64,000 nucleotides of DNA from Camelus ferus (taxonomy: Eukaryota), in the NCBI RefSeq assembly GCF_009834535.1, contig NC_045696.1, positions 41,852,001 to 41,916,000 on the forward strand, written 5' to 3'. A model generated the notes under the pieces. That model was not told where the DNA came from. It saw nothing but the letters and a program-made list of their open reading frames with translations, and did no database searches. Below are positions 24,923-39,103 of the stretch, in pieces (position 1 is the stretch's first letter; the number at the start of each line of letters is the position of its first letter). Both the position numbers and the translations under genes were made by a program.

Positions 24923-26611
24923 ATGATGTGTTTTGAAATTAGGGTGTGGGGTGGGTGTAAAGTTAAAAGGAACAGTTTCCTTTTTTAAAGAATGGTATAA
25001 GACTATCTTTGGAGCCTCCTTTTTTTTTTTTTTTTAAGATTGAGTGGTACACTAATAAATGAGAATTTGAAATTAGAGGTAATTTATGTTTTATATACAG
25101 ATTTCAAGACATTTACTAATTTTGTAGTTTCATGTGCTTAGTTTCCAAAGGTTGCAGATAATAAAAACATCAGAAATGGTACCTTTCTAAGAATTGCATA
25201 TTTTTTTAGACACAACTATTAGCACATTAAGAGGGAAGCAAAAAGTTATTGTCTATTTAAACTGTAGGCAGTGACTCTCTAACTTAACTCCCTTAGTAAC
25301 CTAAACTGTCTGGCTCCCAGGAACAGCCTTATAGAGAAGGGAGTATTGTATTGGGAGGAAAACGTCTGGATTATTGACTGAAAAGTAAATTAGATAAAAT
25401 ACAGCTTTTTTTCCTAATGGGCATTTGTTTTGTTTTAAGTCATCATAAACTAGGTATTGCATTGCTGTCAGTGGATACAGATGCTTAGCTCTTTAAAAAG
25501 AACATTTTAAAGTTTTATGTAAACTGTTGAGTATTTGAAATAGCCCACTTCACTTTAAAGGTCTTGTCTACCTTCATTAGTCTTCAAAGAACAACCATTT
25601 GCTACCAAAGTAAATCAGTATTTTGAATGTGCTTCTCTTGGTTTTTGTTATTAGCTAGTTCCTGTAAGCATTTCCACCAGATCTTGAGGTAAATCATAAG
25701 GAAGCTGTTTCTTTTAAAATAACAAACCACCACCAAAAATTTAAATGTACATAATACTTAAATATTTGGCTGTTCTTATCTTTTAAAAGGTATAAACACC
25801 AAAAAAAAAAAAAAGGGCAACATTGTATGAAGATTGAAAACAAGAAAGATGCACTTTCTGTAACTTTATCAAAGCAAAGCATTTAAGTTACTAACGTGAA
25901 ATCTGATTTGAACTTACTGCAGGAGTTCTTATTTAGCACAATAATATTGGTTTATTTTAACTCTATACATATTAACCAGTAGCCTCTCAAAAGCACATTT
26001 TAGGTACTGAAAATAAAAGGAAGGAAAATGCATCTTTAAACATATTCTGTGGAATCTTTGACCACACATACTTTGTTAGAGCTATGTGTTATAGGATTGT
26101 GTTTTTATTTTGTATTTTTGTATTGTATATGAATTCTTTTTTAATGTGACAATTAAACATATCTTTAGAAGCATAGTCACAGATAAAAGAAACATAGTAT
26201 AATGATTTTCTCAAAAACTCCTACAATGTTGAATTTGGAGGCAGCTTCAGACTATTTTATTGGTGGTAACCACTCAATGAGCTCTTTAATAGGTAATAAC
26301 TCCAGAGAAGCAGCCTGTATATATTCCTAATACTTTGTTCACTTGCATTTGAGTTTAGAGTAAGCCCCAAGTAAAACAATGGCAATGTATATAGAACTGT
26401 TAGTTCTTACTCACATGATTTAATTATATCAAGATACATGAAGTTAACTTGCTTTAATATAGACAGACTTTCCATTTTTGTCCATTTTAATGTTTATGTT
26501 CAAATAACATCCCTCTCCTACATTTATTTTTCTTGACTCAAATGAAATACTAACCTGAGGTCAAGATGGGAGAGAGAAATGACTGAGATGAATGTCTTTA
26601 CTAAAATAACC

Positions 26612-26617
26612 AATAAA
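26612..26617 (+). terminator. Distal PCNP poly(A) signal AATAAA
   Basis: Ends a ~1.7 kb repeat-free AT-rich 3'UTR; followed by a GT/T-rich downstream element and then old repeats. Confidence 0.7.
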
Positions 26618-27640
26618 TTTGTCAAACTCAATTAGTGTTCTTATTTTCTATTTCATTTAATTGTTCCTGGGTTTTTTGGTTTGTTTGTTTGTTTGTTTTA
26701 AAGAAGAGAAATTTTATCATTGCTCTTGCCCAGATTGTTGGCCAAAGTAATGAGAGATTTAAAATTATTTATTGGAGTCTACCTAACTTAGCACAAGTTC
26801 TGTAGCTAAGGGAGGGATTGTTCAAGTTACTTCCCTGCTGAAATGAAGACAGTTTCTAATTTTTTTAACACTTCATTTTGAAAAAACTTCAAATTTACAA
26901 AATATTGCAAAAATATCACAATGTATTTCCATGTTCTCCTAATAATAGCATTTTATTTAACCACAGGACAGTTGTTAAAAGCAGGGAGTTAACATTATTA
27001 AAATACTTTATTCTGTCACCTTCTACAGACCTTACTCAGATTTCACCAGTTGCTCCACTAATATCTCCCTGATTAAAGAGCCACTTCATTATCGTCAATC
27101 ATTTAGTTGTCATCTCTTAAATTTCTTTAATCTGGAAGTCTTCAGTGTTTGCTTTTATGACCTTAGACTGTTTTAAAAATACAGGCCAACTATTTGTAAA
27201 AGATCTCCCAATTTGGGGTTTGCCAGATGTTTCCTCCTGATTAAATTCAGTTCATGTATTTTGGCAAGAGTAGCAGCAGAACTAATATGTCATTAGTGTG
27301 TCAGTGAGTCCGTGATGTGCAGTTTGTCCTCTCACTAGTGATGTTCATTTTGGTCACTTGGTTAGGGTGGTATCTGCCAGATATAGCCCGTGTCAAATTA
27401 CTGTGTTTTTGTTTGTAATTAGTATCTCATGGGAAAATTCTTGTAAGTATCTTATCTCATCATATTTTTGTCCGTTAATTGGCAGGCATTCTTGGTTTTT
27501 ATTTTGGGGTGGTTTTCCTCATGATTCTTTCCTGAAACAGTCGATAGTGTAAGGATTTGCCAAATGACGATTTTCTATTTCCATCACTTTCATCTATTTT
27601 CTTGCTAGTTGAAATTCTGTGAGGAAGTTTTCTTCTCCAT

Positions 27641-27735
27641 TTTTTTTTTTTTTTAATGGAGGTACTGGGAGTTGTACCCAAGAGCTCATGCATGCTAAGC
27701 ACGGGCTCTACAACTTGAGCTATTACCCTGCCCCC
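27641..27735 (-). mobile_element. tRNA-Ala-derived SINE (short-tail form)
   Basis: SINE body; TSD CTTCTCCATT on both sides. Confidence 0.85.
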
Positions 27736-28123
27736 ACTTCTCCATTCTTTATTCGGTTATTTTATTGATAATGGGCCCACATTTTTATGTTATTCTGTAG
27801 GTTATAACACATTGCTACCGTTATTTATTTTGTTACTCAAGATGTCCCAAATTTGCCCATACAAATCCCTTCCCTTTTGACCCTTGTGCCTTTTTGACGG
27901 GTCCCCATTCTTTTTAAAATAATTCCTTAATTTCTGGCACCAGAAGATATCCTGGACTCATCTTGTATTTTATCTTCTAGCCCTGGAATTAGTGATTTCT
28001 GTAAGCATCCATGGTTCCTTTTAGAACCTATTTAGAAACCAAGTGTACACTGCACTAAGTGTACTCATTGGTAGTGAAGAGTTACTGCTTCTAGCCTCCT
28101 TAACAGCTAGAAAATGTACATAT

Positions 28124-28162
28124 GTGTGTATATATATATATATACACACACACACACATACA
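28124..28162. repeat. Compound (TG)(TA)n(CA)n microsatellite
   Basis: Directly visible in the sequence. Confidence 0.8.
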
Positions 28163-31100
28163 TCTGTATCTATTTCTAGATCTGTCTGTATGTGTATACT
28201 GTATGAGTTCATATAGGTACTTTCAATATCAGACCAACACCAGATTCATTCTAGTCTTCCACCTTTCTATATTTATTACTCTCATCCAACAGTAAGAAAT
28301 CTGACTTTGACTATAATCTGTTCACTTACTTGCTTAATTTCTAGAATACACATAAAATAGTTCCAGAATTAAGTCATATATTTCCCTATGAGAAACCACT
28401 GATGAGTGCAGTATTCACGTGTAGTTTCTTTCCTTTTTAATCTTAGAGAACGTAAACAAAATACTATTTTATAAAGTTATGTAGATTATTTTCTCTGCTT
28501 CCTCCTCACTATGGTTGTTACCTATAATGCAGTTAGTTAATTTGTTTTTGTATTTCATAATGTATTCCTGCTTGTTCTTTGTTAAGATTTTGTATGTGAA
28601 ATCTTAGCAGAGGTCTAAAGTTGGAACTATACAAAAAATGTACTCTTTCCTATCCTGTCTCATTCTCTTCCTCCCGTCCTTTCTGTCCTGTTTGCACCCA
28701 TCCTGTATAGGTAATCTATCATCCCCTATAGGTAATCTATCTCTAGCTTCTGGTTTATCCTTCCTATGTTTCCTTTTGGATAAATATATGGATATTTATT
28801 ATTTCTCCTTTTTTTATTACATGAAATGTAATATATTACAGTTACTCTTTTATCTTTTTTTTCACTTTGCAGTATACCCTAGAAACTATACCAGTTCATG
28901 GAGATCTTTCTCCAGAATTTTAACAGCTACATAGTACTCCATTGTGTAAATATACCACAGTTAATGCAATTACTCTTCCATGTGTAGGCATTTAGGTCAT
29001 TTCCTATGTTTTGCCATTACAGTGTTGTAACTGAAAAACCTTGTGCATGTCTTTTCATATTGGGATGTATCTTCTTTCAGGTAAATTCCCAGTAGGATGC
29101 TGGGTCAAAATATAAGTACATATATACTTTTGTTAGATATTGTCAAATTCTCCTCCAAAAGGATTGTACAAGTTTCTTTTCCCCACCAGAAATATACGAG
29201 AGTGCCTCTTCCCACAGCCCTGCTAGAGTTTGTCATGCTTTTTTTTTTCTTTCCCCCAAATCTGATCGATTAAAAAAGATGGTATTTCAGAGTAGTTTTA
29301 ATTTGCATCTCTCTAGCTATGAGTGAGATTGAATGTATTTTCATATGTTTAAGGGCCATTTGAATATCTTTTCCTTGTGATTAGTCTGTTCATTTCACTC
29401 CCATTTTATTTGGTTTTTGGTCCTTTCTCAGATTTTAAGAATTCTTCATATAGTAACTATTTTTGATACATGTTATAATTTCTCCCACTTATTAGTTGTC
29501 TTTTGACTTTGATTATGGTGTTCTTTTGCAGTGCAAAAAAAATTTTTTTATGTAGTAAACTAATCTTTATTGCCTTTTGATTTTATATGAATAGTTAGAA
29601 AGCCTTTCCCTATACTGAGATTAAAGATGAATTCACCCTTGTTTCTCTAGGGCTTTTTTCTTTTTCTTTTTTTTTTCATTTTAAAATTGAATAGATTCCT
29701 AATTCGTTTAGAGTATATTCTTCTGCATTTGTAAGATCAAGATCTAATTTTATTTAATTAACTGATATTTTTATGATGTTTAGCCATCCTAATTGGGAGC
29801 AGTCTGCTTTTGTGTCTTTCAGGAGTGTTAAATTTTTCCACATACAAGTTTTGTATATTTCTTGTTAAGCTTCTTTCTAAATATTTAATTATCTTTGCTA
29901 TTATTGAAAAGCGTTTGTCTCTGTCATGTGCTGGTTATTATTACAGGATATGAAGGTAATTAATTTCTGTATGTTAATTCTGTGTCTTGCAATCTTACTA
30001 AACTCTTACTGTTTGAGTTTTATCATTGATTCTTGAGGATTTTCCAGGTGTACCATCTTATCACCTGCAAATAGAGATGGCTTTACTTTACCAATTTTTG
30101 TGCCTCTAATTTATTTTTCCTGTCTAGTTGCATTGCTTAATACCTCTAATACAATATTAAATAGTAGTAGAAATAATGGGCATCCTTGCCTTGTTCTTAT
30201 TCTCAGTAGAAAAGTCTCCAGTGTTTTACCATGAAGTAAGGTCCTGGCTTTAGGACTAGAGCAAATGATGAAATTATATCAGGCTAAAAATATATCCATC
30301 AATTCCTAATTTTCTCAAGTGCTTTTATCAGGAGTGGGTATTGAATTTTGTCAAAAGCTTTTTCAGCATTTTATCAATGAGGGAAGACATTGATACAAAG
30401 AATGTTAACATGGGAACTATCAGTAGTAGAAGTAGCAACTGCAGGAAGAAAACACCACCCTTAGGGCTTAGGGAATAAGTGAAAAAGGGAAACACAGTAT
30501 TTTAGAGGAGGGACCCAGAGGCTGAAATTCAGGTCTTTCGGGAGGTGCAACTACTTGCTACAGGGAAAAGCAGCATACCAAGCTGCCCATCACCACGGTG
30601 AAGACAGATTTTGGAAACCCTTGATTCAACTTCTGCATGAAAAATCCCTGATGATGTGTAGCCCTTTACCCACACAAGAATCCATTGGTGGTTAACAATA
30701 ATTACTGGTTTTAGTTTTTTTTTCTTCTTCTACTTTTTACTTCTTTTCATTGTCCTATACTTTTCAAATTTCCTACGTTGACCTTAATTACTTTGATAAC
30801 TGGAAATGAGTGGGGAGTGGTATCTAAATAAGGCAAATTAGGTTATCTGTCATGCCGGGGCTTCAGATGTGAGAACTTTTTCAGACTAAAGGCCTTGGGC
30901 CGCATCACAGTGGACATCCACTTAATTATTGCACATGGACATAGAACAGTCAAACCTTGTACTTTGCATGTAATACAAATGTGCTATTATTCTAAATCTT
31001 TTTTTCTAAGCATAAATCCTCTTTGGGAGCATTTTATCTGTGGTATCCATTGAATTCACATTGCTTAATATTTAGAAAAAAGAAAAACTTGTGTACTATG

Positions 31101-32789
31101 TAAAATCTCAAGGATGACCACTGTAACTACTGCAAGAAGACTTACCTCTGAACTTTTGTGTATCTGTATCACTGGTATGTCATCCGAATACACCACAAAT
31201 GCATTTCACTCAGAATCCAGCATTGTCCTGCTCTCATGCTAGAACACCTGGAATTACTTATTTTACCCCTGCTTTTAGAATTCCACAACTAAATCATAGT
31301 TAACATGAAATTCAGATCAACAGAAACTATGAATTCACTCATGTACCCATGACTGAAAATAAAATAGTTTCTAAATCACATATATGGAATATATAATTTA
31401 TTATAACCTGACTTTAAGGAAAAGATCAAAACTAGCAGCAGGACACTTACATCAAGTAATGCAAAGGAAGTAATATGGAAGGAATGCGAGTACTAATGAG
31501 ATGATGAAATATTTGCAAATGATTAAAGCAAATTTAACTGAAAGTGCAGTTGAGGATGAAAAGGTGTACGTGTGGGGACGGGTTATATGGGAACTTTCCG
31601 CTGTTTCGCTATGAACCTAAAACTGCTCTTTAAAAAAAAGTATTTTTAAAAATCCAAGATGTTGAGTAATGGTTTGACTCACAGGCTCCCAAAGTACCTC
31701 TCAACAATAAATATATTAAGTTAAATATACCTGCCTCAAATATTTTAACAATACCATTGTAATGCTGTGTGTGAAAATGAATCTGTATAAACATATACAT
31801 AACCATAGCAGAGAATTCCCAAAACAGGATTTAGATGTAGTTACAGTTTCAAAGGGCTACTTTGAGAAGAAAAATATCACTTTCCCAGCTAATTTTAAAC
31901 ATGTTTCTTCTCATTCTATCCCATTTGAATTCTACAGTAGGCATTGGCTATGTGATGCTCCAAGGAAGAAAACTGAGACTCTTTTAAGTATGAATTATAC
32001 TAAATGTGCAGTATACTGTATGTATGTATTTACATGCAATATAATGTGTATGTACAGTTGAGCTAATAATTCTACCTAATAAAACTGAAAAAAATTATGA
32101 ATTATACTATAGGCCTTGCTTTTCCTAGATGGAAGAACTTAAGAAGCAGCTGCAATTCTGTGCCAACTCAAAATGAGGGGTGTGCTGGTAATGAAGAATG
32201 GAGAATTATGATTAACAGCCATCTCTTCACATTCAAAGTTAGTTATTTTCATTCCTACTGTGGGGTTTTTTGGGGGGGGGGTTTTGTTTTTGTTTTTGTT
32301 TTTGCTATGAACATAGAGCCATTAGAAAATGGAAAGTTAAAATATGATCAGTTTCAAATACTAATCTGGAATTAATGTCTGTGAGACAGGAAAATAAGGC
32401 AGGCATGGAAGCTAGGAAACCAAGATATTGGTAGTATACTGCATGCATGAGTTTATAAAATCTTAAGCGCAATACATTAACAGCAATTAGCACTAATGGA
32501 ATAGAAGTAACAGATCAGAGACATTGCTAAGGAATTCAGTGGCTAAATCAACGAGAAGAAATGAAAGCATCCCGGATGACTAGGGGTCTGGACCTAGGTA
32601 CCTGGGAGAATGGTAGATGCTGAAGAGGGGGGAAAAATCACAAATATATACAGGATAACCTTTAAAGTTTAACAAAACATCCAAACTTACATGGCGCTAC
32701 AGCTCATGAAGTGGATATCCGTGGGGTACAAGACATTGTACCAAGAATTTTACTGTGACGTCTTGGCTAACTACTGAAATAATAGTTCA

Positions 32790-33008
32790 GGGGGCAGGGT
32801 ATAGCTCATTGGTTGAGTGCTTGCTTAGCATGCATGAGGTCCTGGGTTCAATCCCCAGTACCTCCATTAATAAATAAGCAAATAGCCCAATTACCTCCCC
32901 CCAAATAATAAATAAATTAAAAGTAAAAAGTAGAAACCAGCAAAAAAAAAAAAAAAATTTAAAAACGAATAAAAAGTTTTAAAAAATCATTAAATGCTTA
33001 AAAAATAA
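32790..33008 (+). mobile_element. tRNA-Ala-derived SINE with long A-rich tail
   Basis: Full body; TSD AAATAATAGTTCA at 32777-32789 and 33009-33021. Confidence 0.92.
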
Positions 33009-33039
33009 AAATAATAGTTCAATGAACACATAGCTCACA

Positions 33040-33950
33040 AGCTGATGGGAAGAGGGAACAGGATTTTAAACAAGGCAGAAAAGGAAAATGTAGAACAGGC
33101 AGGACCAAAAAAAGCAAACTAAAACTGGCAAGATTTATATGCAAATATGTAATTACAGTCATGTTTTTAATTGGACTAATTTCTATCAAAAGACAAAGAT
33201 TGGCAGCCTGGAATTTTTATTTCTTTAATGGAGGTGCTGGGGATTGAACCCAGGACCTTGTACATGCTAAGTAAGCACAAGCTTCACCACTGAGCTGTTC
33301 CTATTCACCTTAGATTTTTTTTTTAAAGACAACGATATGCTGTATATAAGAGATAAACCTTAAATACAAGGATATGAACAGGCTGACAGAAACAAGGATG
33401 GTAAAACATACCACATGAATACCAAAAAAACACTGATGTAGCTGTTTTAATTTCAATCAAAGTAGACTTAAAGCCAAGACCATTATCAGGGGCACTTAAT
33501 TTTATCCTTTCATAATGATAAAAGGTTCAACTCACCAGGAAAACAGTTCTATATTATATGCAACTAATAACAGCTTCAAGGAAAAATTGCCAGAATTAGA
33601 AGGAGAAATAGGCAAATCCACTTTCATACAGGGATATTTTAATAAACTATTCTTAGTAATTGATAGAACCGGCAGACAAAAACAAAAAACAAAAACCAGT
33701 AAGGGTACAGAATATTGAACAAAAGTAATAGTTTAATCTAATTGACATTAAAACAATGCCTCCACAACTGCAGAATATTTTTAAGTTCTTATGAAACATT
33801 TATAAAAATTGACCATTGCATATTCATAAAAACCTCCAGCAAATTTTAAATAGAAAATATACAGAATATGCTTTTGACCACAGTAGAATTATGTTAGATC
33901 AGTAATAAAAAGATAACCCCCCAAAACCTTTTAAGCACGTACATTAGAAA
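33040..33950 (+). mobile_element. L1 ORF2 endonuclease-region relic
   Basis: ORF 33515-33718 (MIKGSTHQE...GEIGKSTFIQGYFN..L..IDRTGRQK) resembles the L1 EN segment MIKGSIQQE...GEIDSNTIIVGDFNTPLS..DRSSRQK. Confidence 0.75.
33214..33310 (-). mobile_element. tRNA-Ala-derived SINE
   Basis: GGAGGTGCTGGGGATTGAACCCAGGACC...CCACTGAGCT. Confidence 0.85.
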
Positions 33951-34039
33951 TAAATACCAAATCAGTAAACCTTACCTGAATTGCAGTGAAGTTAGAAAGA
34001 GGCAGCAAAGTAAGCCCAAAGCCCTCTTTACCTCTAGCC

Positions 34040-35060
34040 AACACTGTTTTTGTCTTAAAGTCTGTATTTTCTGATAATTAGTATCTCCACTCCAGCTTTC
34101 TTATGGTTGCTGTTTGCATGATTTCTCTCTTTCCATCTTTTTACTTTTAATCTAATTGTATCTCTGAATCTAAAGGTGTCTCCTGTGGACAGAATATAGT
34201 TGGATCATGGTTTTTTTTTTTCAATCCAACCTAACAGTCTTTGCCTGTTGATTGACTTTTGATTGAATTGTTCATTTTATTTACATTTAATGATTTATTG
34301 ATGTAGTTTTCTATGCCATTTTACTTTTGTTTTCTATGTCACTTTTTTTGTTCTTTTATTATTCTTTTACAGTTTTCTTTTGTATTGAGTATTTTCTAAT
34401 GGAGCATCTTAATTTCTTTAATAATTTTTTTCAGTTTTTTAGAAGTTATTGCTCTAGGGTTTACCATATACATTTTAACTCATCAGACTGAGCTTCAGAT
34501 TTATACTGACTTAATTTGCTACGTATAGAAAATTTATTCCTATATAACTCTATTCTATTCCCTTATCCCCCCTTCTGTGGTGTTACTGCTATACATGTTA
34601 CATCTATTAATGTTAACAACTCCAACAATAGTGTTATAATTATTACTTTACCACCTATAGTCATTCCCTTATCTCAGTACAGCTTTGCTTTCACGACTTT
34701 GTGCTGTTATTGGCATATATTTTACATATATATTACATTTCTGTTATTGGCTCAATAATACTTTCTATACATATTATTTTATACAATTGCTTATTAAATC
34801 AATTAAAGGAATAAATGAGAATAATTATGCATATAACCTGTCTGTCACAATTTTGTAACTACTGGGTGTTGTTTCTTTCTTGTTTGATTAGTGACTGGCT
34901 GGATTATTTTAGTGAAGTCTATTTCCCCTCCTATACTCCAAGCCTCTGATTTTTCTGCTCAGGCAGTTGCAGCTTTGAGTATGCCAATAGTCACCCTGGG
35001 ATGACAGTTATTTTAGTGGTGCTCTCTTCTTCTACTCCATGATCACACTGTACCATTAAA
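34040..35060 (-). mobile_element. L1 fragment (ORF2 start / inter-ORF region), antisense
   Basis: ttaaagtctgtattttctgata...ccagctttc...tttccatcttttactttt...gacagaatatagttggatc. Confidence 0.65.
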
Positions 35061-37193
35061 CTCTGTCTGGTTAAATTAATGAATTAATGGCTACAGTGAT
35101 TGAACTAAAATCTCCATCCTCTCTCCCCCTCCCCTGGAGGTTGGGGGTTGGGGCTGGAAGTTCCAACTCTGAAATCACATGGTTGGTTTCTCTGGCCATA
35201 AGCCCTCATCCTGAAGCCATCTAACCCACCATGTGAATTTCAGATTTTCACTCTGAGACTGAAAAAAAGACAAGGATGCCAACCACAACAGCTATTTAAC
35301 ACTGTACTAGAATTCCCATACAGAACAATGAGTAAGTAGTAAGACGAACAGTACTTGGCAAGCATGCGGAGCAACCAGCACTGTTGAGTGTGAAATGGCA
35401 CATTCTCTTCGGAAAATATTTCAGGTATTATCTGCTGAAGTTGAACGTTCACCAATCCAAATGACTCAAATTCCACTTTTAGTTATGTACCGAACAGAAA
35501 TGCAAGCTTACATAGACCAGGAGGATAAAAATGGTCCCTGCCACGTTCTTCATGATAACCCCAAACTGAAAATAACCCAAACATCCATCAATGGTAGAAA
35601 AATAAAATTGTGATACATTCACAGAAAAGTAATTTTTTTAGCAGAGCATATAGAACAGACACAGTAAGAATTTAAAATGAACACAAACCAATCAACAAGG
35701 AAAGACAGACAAGGGAAGCAGGAATATAAGTACCTATGAAGAACCAAGTAGAAATGCTAGTATGAGAAATACGAATTTTAAAATAAATTCAGTTTAAAAA
35801 AAAAAAGTTTAAGTTGAGGAACTCCCAGGTTATCAGGAAAGGAGATGGGGAGGGTGAAAGAGCTATTGAGGGTAGCAACAAAACTTACTTCGAAGAAAAG
35901 TAACCAGAGACAAAACATATTTAAAGGAACAATACTATTTGGCTCCCAGAATTTGGAAAAGACTAAAATTTACCTTAACATCTCTGCTAAAATAAATTCC
36001 TTTGCAAGTCACAGTACTAAGTTTATAAGGGAATGTTCCTAGGGTCCCCAAATTGGAGAAACTGAGTTGAAACTGTAGTAGCTTTGTGATTGATGGGACT
36101 GTCAGTTTCAAAGGACTGGATTTTGACAGGCAGGATTGAGGTCCACAGAGATTGGAACTAAGAATCATACACAAAGAACCAACCAGAAAAAACTCCCATT
36201 TACCAGCACAAAGATATTTGCCCCAGGCTGGGTACAAGGTGCGCAAACAGCCTCTCTTAAAGATTTATTATAGTGAGCTTGCTCTCACACTAGTCTACAT
36301 GTCCAAATTTACAGTGGTTGGTCTAGGAAACCACAGTCTGAAAAATTAATATAAAAATAATACCTAGCTATCGATAATCTTGGGGCAATCTAGCAGAAGC
36401 AATCATAAACTGATCTGGAAGGACCAGTTTCCACCCAGGTGGGTGGAGCAGGATTCCAGATAAGGCCCTACTGGAGACAAGCCTATGCTCTAACATTTAT
36501 ATAACTGGAGAAATCCAATAAACAGCAGTATTCAACCTCAAATCTGAGCTAAAAGACTGTAAGATAGGTACATTTACAATAATTAAACAAACAAGTTATC
36601 TATGCATCTTTGCTCCACAAGCCACTACAAACTATAACTGATAGATTTATAGGACCAGGGGAGACAAAGACTTACTATGTTCCAAACATTAGTTCCAAAT
36701 CAATGCTACTTAAAAAAAAAAAAAAAAAGACAAGACACTGAAGGTCTGGATTAACTCTAAGTCCAGCAGTTTAGGTAACCTTGTGAAATTATGTTAACTA
36801 GACACTAGCTTTTAATGAAACAAACAGCAGTAACAAGCAGATTTAATCAGGGCTACACACAGTTTGAGGAAAGTCATCTGATGACAACAAAACAATGCAT
36901 ATTTCTAAAAAGGAATTGTTATAAATTAAATAGAAAAGTTTCCCCTGATGGAAATACGAAACTCTTAATTTTTGGAATCTTAACACTTGTTTCTATATGT
37001 AATTTGTATAATTCCACACACTTAAGTTCTCCGAAGTTGGCAGTTAATCGCACTACTTTTAATTTTGAGGTAAGGTTATGTTTGAGTGTAGTTTTAATAG
37101 TATGTGTTCCCCAATGGTTATTTTTTTAACATGTTCAATTTCTCTTCCCTTTAAATGTCAATCAACTTAATAACATATCAAATAACAGCAACT

Positions 37194-37351
37194 GGGGGTG
37201 GGATATAGCTCAAGTGGTAGAGCGCATGTGTAGTAGCATACAGAGGTTCCTGGGTTCTATTCCCCAGTATCACCTCTAAAAAATAAATAAATAAACCTAA
37301 TTACTTTCCTCCCCCAAAAAATAAAAAAATAAAAAGAAAGAAAATGGGAAG
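37194..37351 (+). mobile_element. tRNA-Ala-derived SINE
   Basis: Body with several small insertions; TSD CAAATAA(C/T)AGCAACTG at 37179-37194 and 37352-37367. Confidence 0.88.
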
Positions 37352-37429
37352 CAAATAATAGCAACTGATTTATGAAAACAGTGACAAGCTCAACTCCAAA
37401 GCTTCTGCTTTAAACAAGATTCAACATCT

Positions 37430-37435
37430 TTTATT
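37430..37435 (-). terminator. Candidate ZBTB11 poly(A) signal (AATAAA on the minus strand)
   Basis: TTTATT on + at the end of a ~1.6 kb repeat-free AT-rich 3'UTR-like stretch. Confidence 0.6.
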
Positions 37436-39103
37436 TACACATTTATGACATACATTAATGGTCTTACACAATTAACTAAATCTAATAACAATGGTGACGA
37501 GATGGAACACAAAGACACAATTCCAAACTTTAGGTTGAAATACATTTTCACTAACTGAAAGATATGATAAACAAGCAGCCATTATAAAGCTATAGACTGT
37601 ATGTCAATTCACTTAAAATTGAAAGTCAGCCACAGAGCTATTGAAACAATGAGAAATTTGCAAATGCAAATATTACATATGCAGGTATAGTGCATGCATG
37701 GCATCACATTTATTCTTTATCTTTTAAGCCATTTTTAAAGTAAACTGGAATAAGCATCTTAATATATGTACATCAAGGCACATTCTTTTCTTGTGCTTTA
37801 GGAATGACTTACATGTGATTTGCTTATATCTTAATTTTACACCTTATATTAGCTTCTAATACTTAAAGTTTAATTTTAACAATTATAGCTTGAGTGGTGG
37901 TCTCCCAGAGGAGGGAAACATGGCATCTCCCCATGGTTATTTTGAAAATCAGAAAATTGGAAAGCATAAAGAGGTGGGAATTTAAAAATCAAACACACAA
38001 ATTAATTCAATTTAATTCTCAGGCAACTTTTAAAAAACTTACTTTCAACAATTTGGTGGGCCATAATCAATTTCCTTAAGTAGTATATTATAATGAGGGC
38101 TAAAGTGAAGAATTTTTATTATTCTGAAATTACTTGATAATTAGATGGTATCCACAGGACCGCTGTAAATATCTATATTACTATCCTATTTCTAGACTGC
38201 AGTTTTTCAACAAAATTGAACAATTAAACATGATACAAAAGCTGCAAACATACTAAACCTAGCTTTAACTTTTTTCCCCCCATTTATTGTCTCATGTTAT
38301 CAAGGAAAAATTTCTCATCAACAGTTTAATAACAGTGTTCTTTGCTTATGGTCAATTTACTTGCCAGGAAGGACAGTAAGGCTTTAATAGGCATTTCATG
38401 CATTTTAATGGCATTAAAAAAATTAGCTATTCATTTAAGGGTTCCCCACATAGATTAAGTTTACTGTGCAAACTTGATTACAACACATAACTCATTAAGT
38501 GCTTTAAAACAGAATAAAGAATATCCCTGACTTTATAAGGGGTTAAAATAAATAGTAAGTCAAGAATCATAGACTTGAAGCATTTAAAAAATGTAGTATA
38601 CCTAATGCATCCTACTAAAATATTTTATATTAGAATTTTTAATCCATAAACAGGGCAAATGAAATCACAGAACCGCTATATTTTGAGAAAAAGAAAAGCC
38701 AATTGGTGCAGCCTTTCAAACTCAAAGGATATAATAACGTCAAAATGCAAATAGAACTGTACAGTTTTAAATTTAATACAGTTCTTTATAAACATTAATT
38801 CATAAAAACTATACCATGATAAACCACTGCCATCAAATAGATTTGTTTTCAATTTCTTTACAGTAAGTGGACTTTTCTACAGACCCTATTAGCCAAACTG
38901 TTTAGAAATGTTAAAACACCACCAAATAGCCCAGAGCCCCGACATACAGACTCCAGGCGGATAGTCACATAGTGCTGTAAACAAATATCCTGCAAGTTCA
39001 GTATATGTGAGATGTCATTTCCTTTTATCTCCATTACTACATTCATTCTGTTTCTGAAATATGTGCCACCTCCACTTCAACAGTTTGAATAGCTTCTGCA
39101 ACT

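Larger units (their letters stand above)
26870..30370 (-). mobile_element. Degenerate old L1 cluster (3'UTR and ORF2 relics)
   Basis: Antisense L1 motifs such as gttttaatttgcat, gggcatccttgccttgttc, gggtattgaattttgtcaaaagctttttcagcat. Confidence 0.7.

Noticed and set aside
28706..28741. TATAGGTAATCTATC duplicated at 21-nt spacing
   Set aside because: Small slippage duplication inside an old L1.
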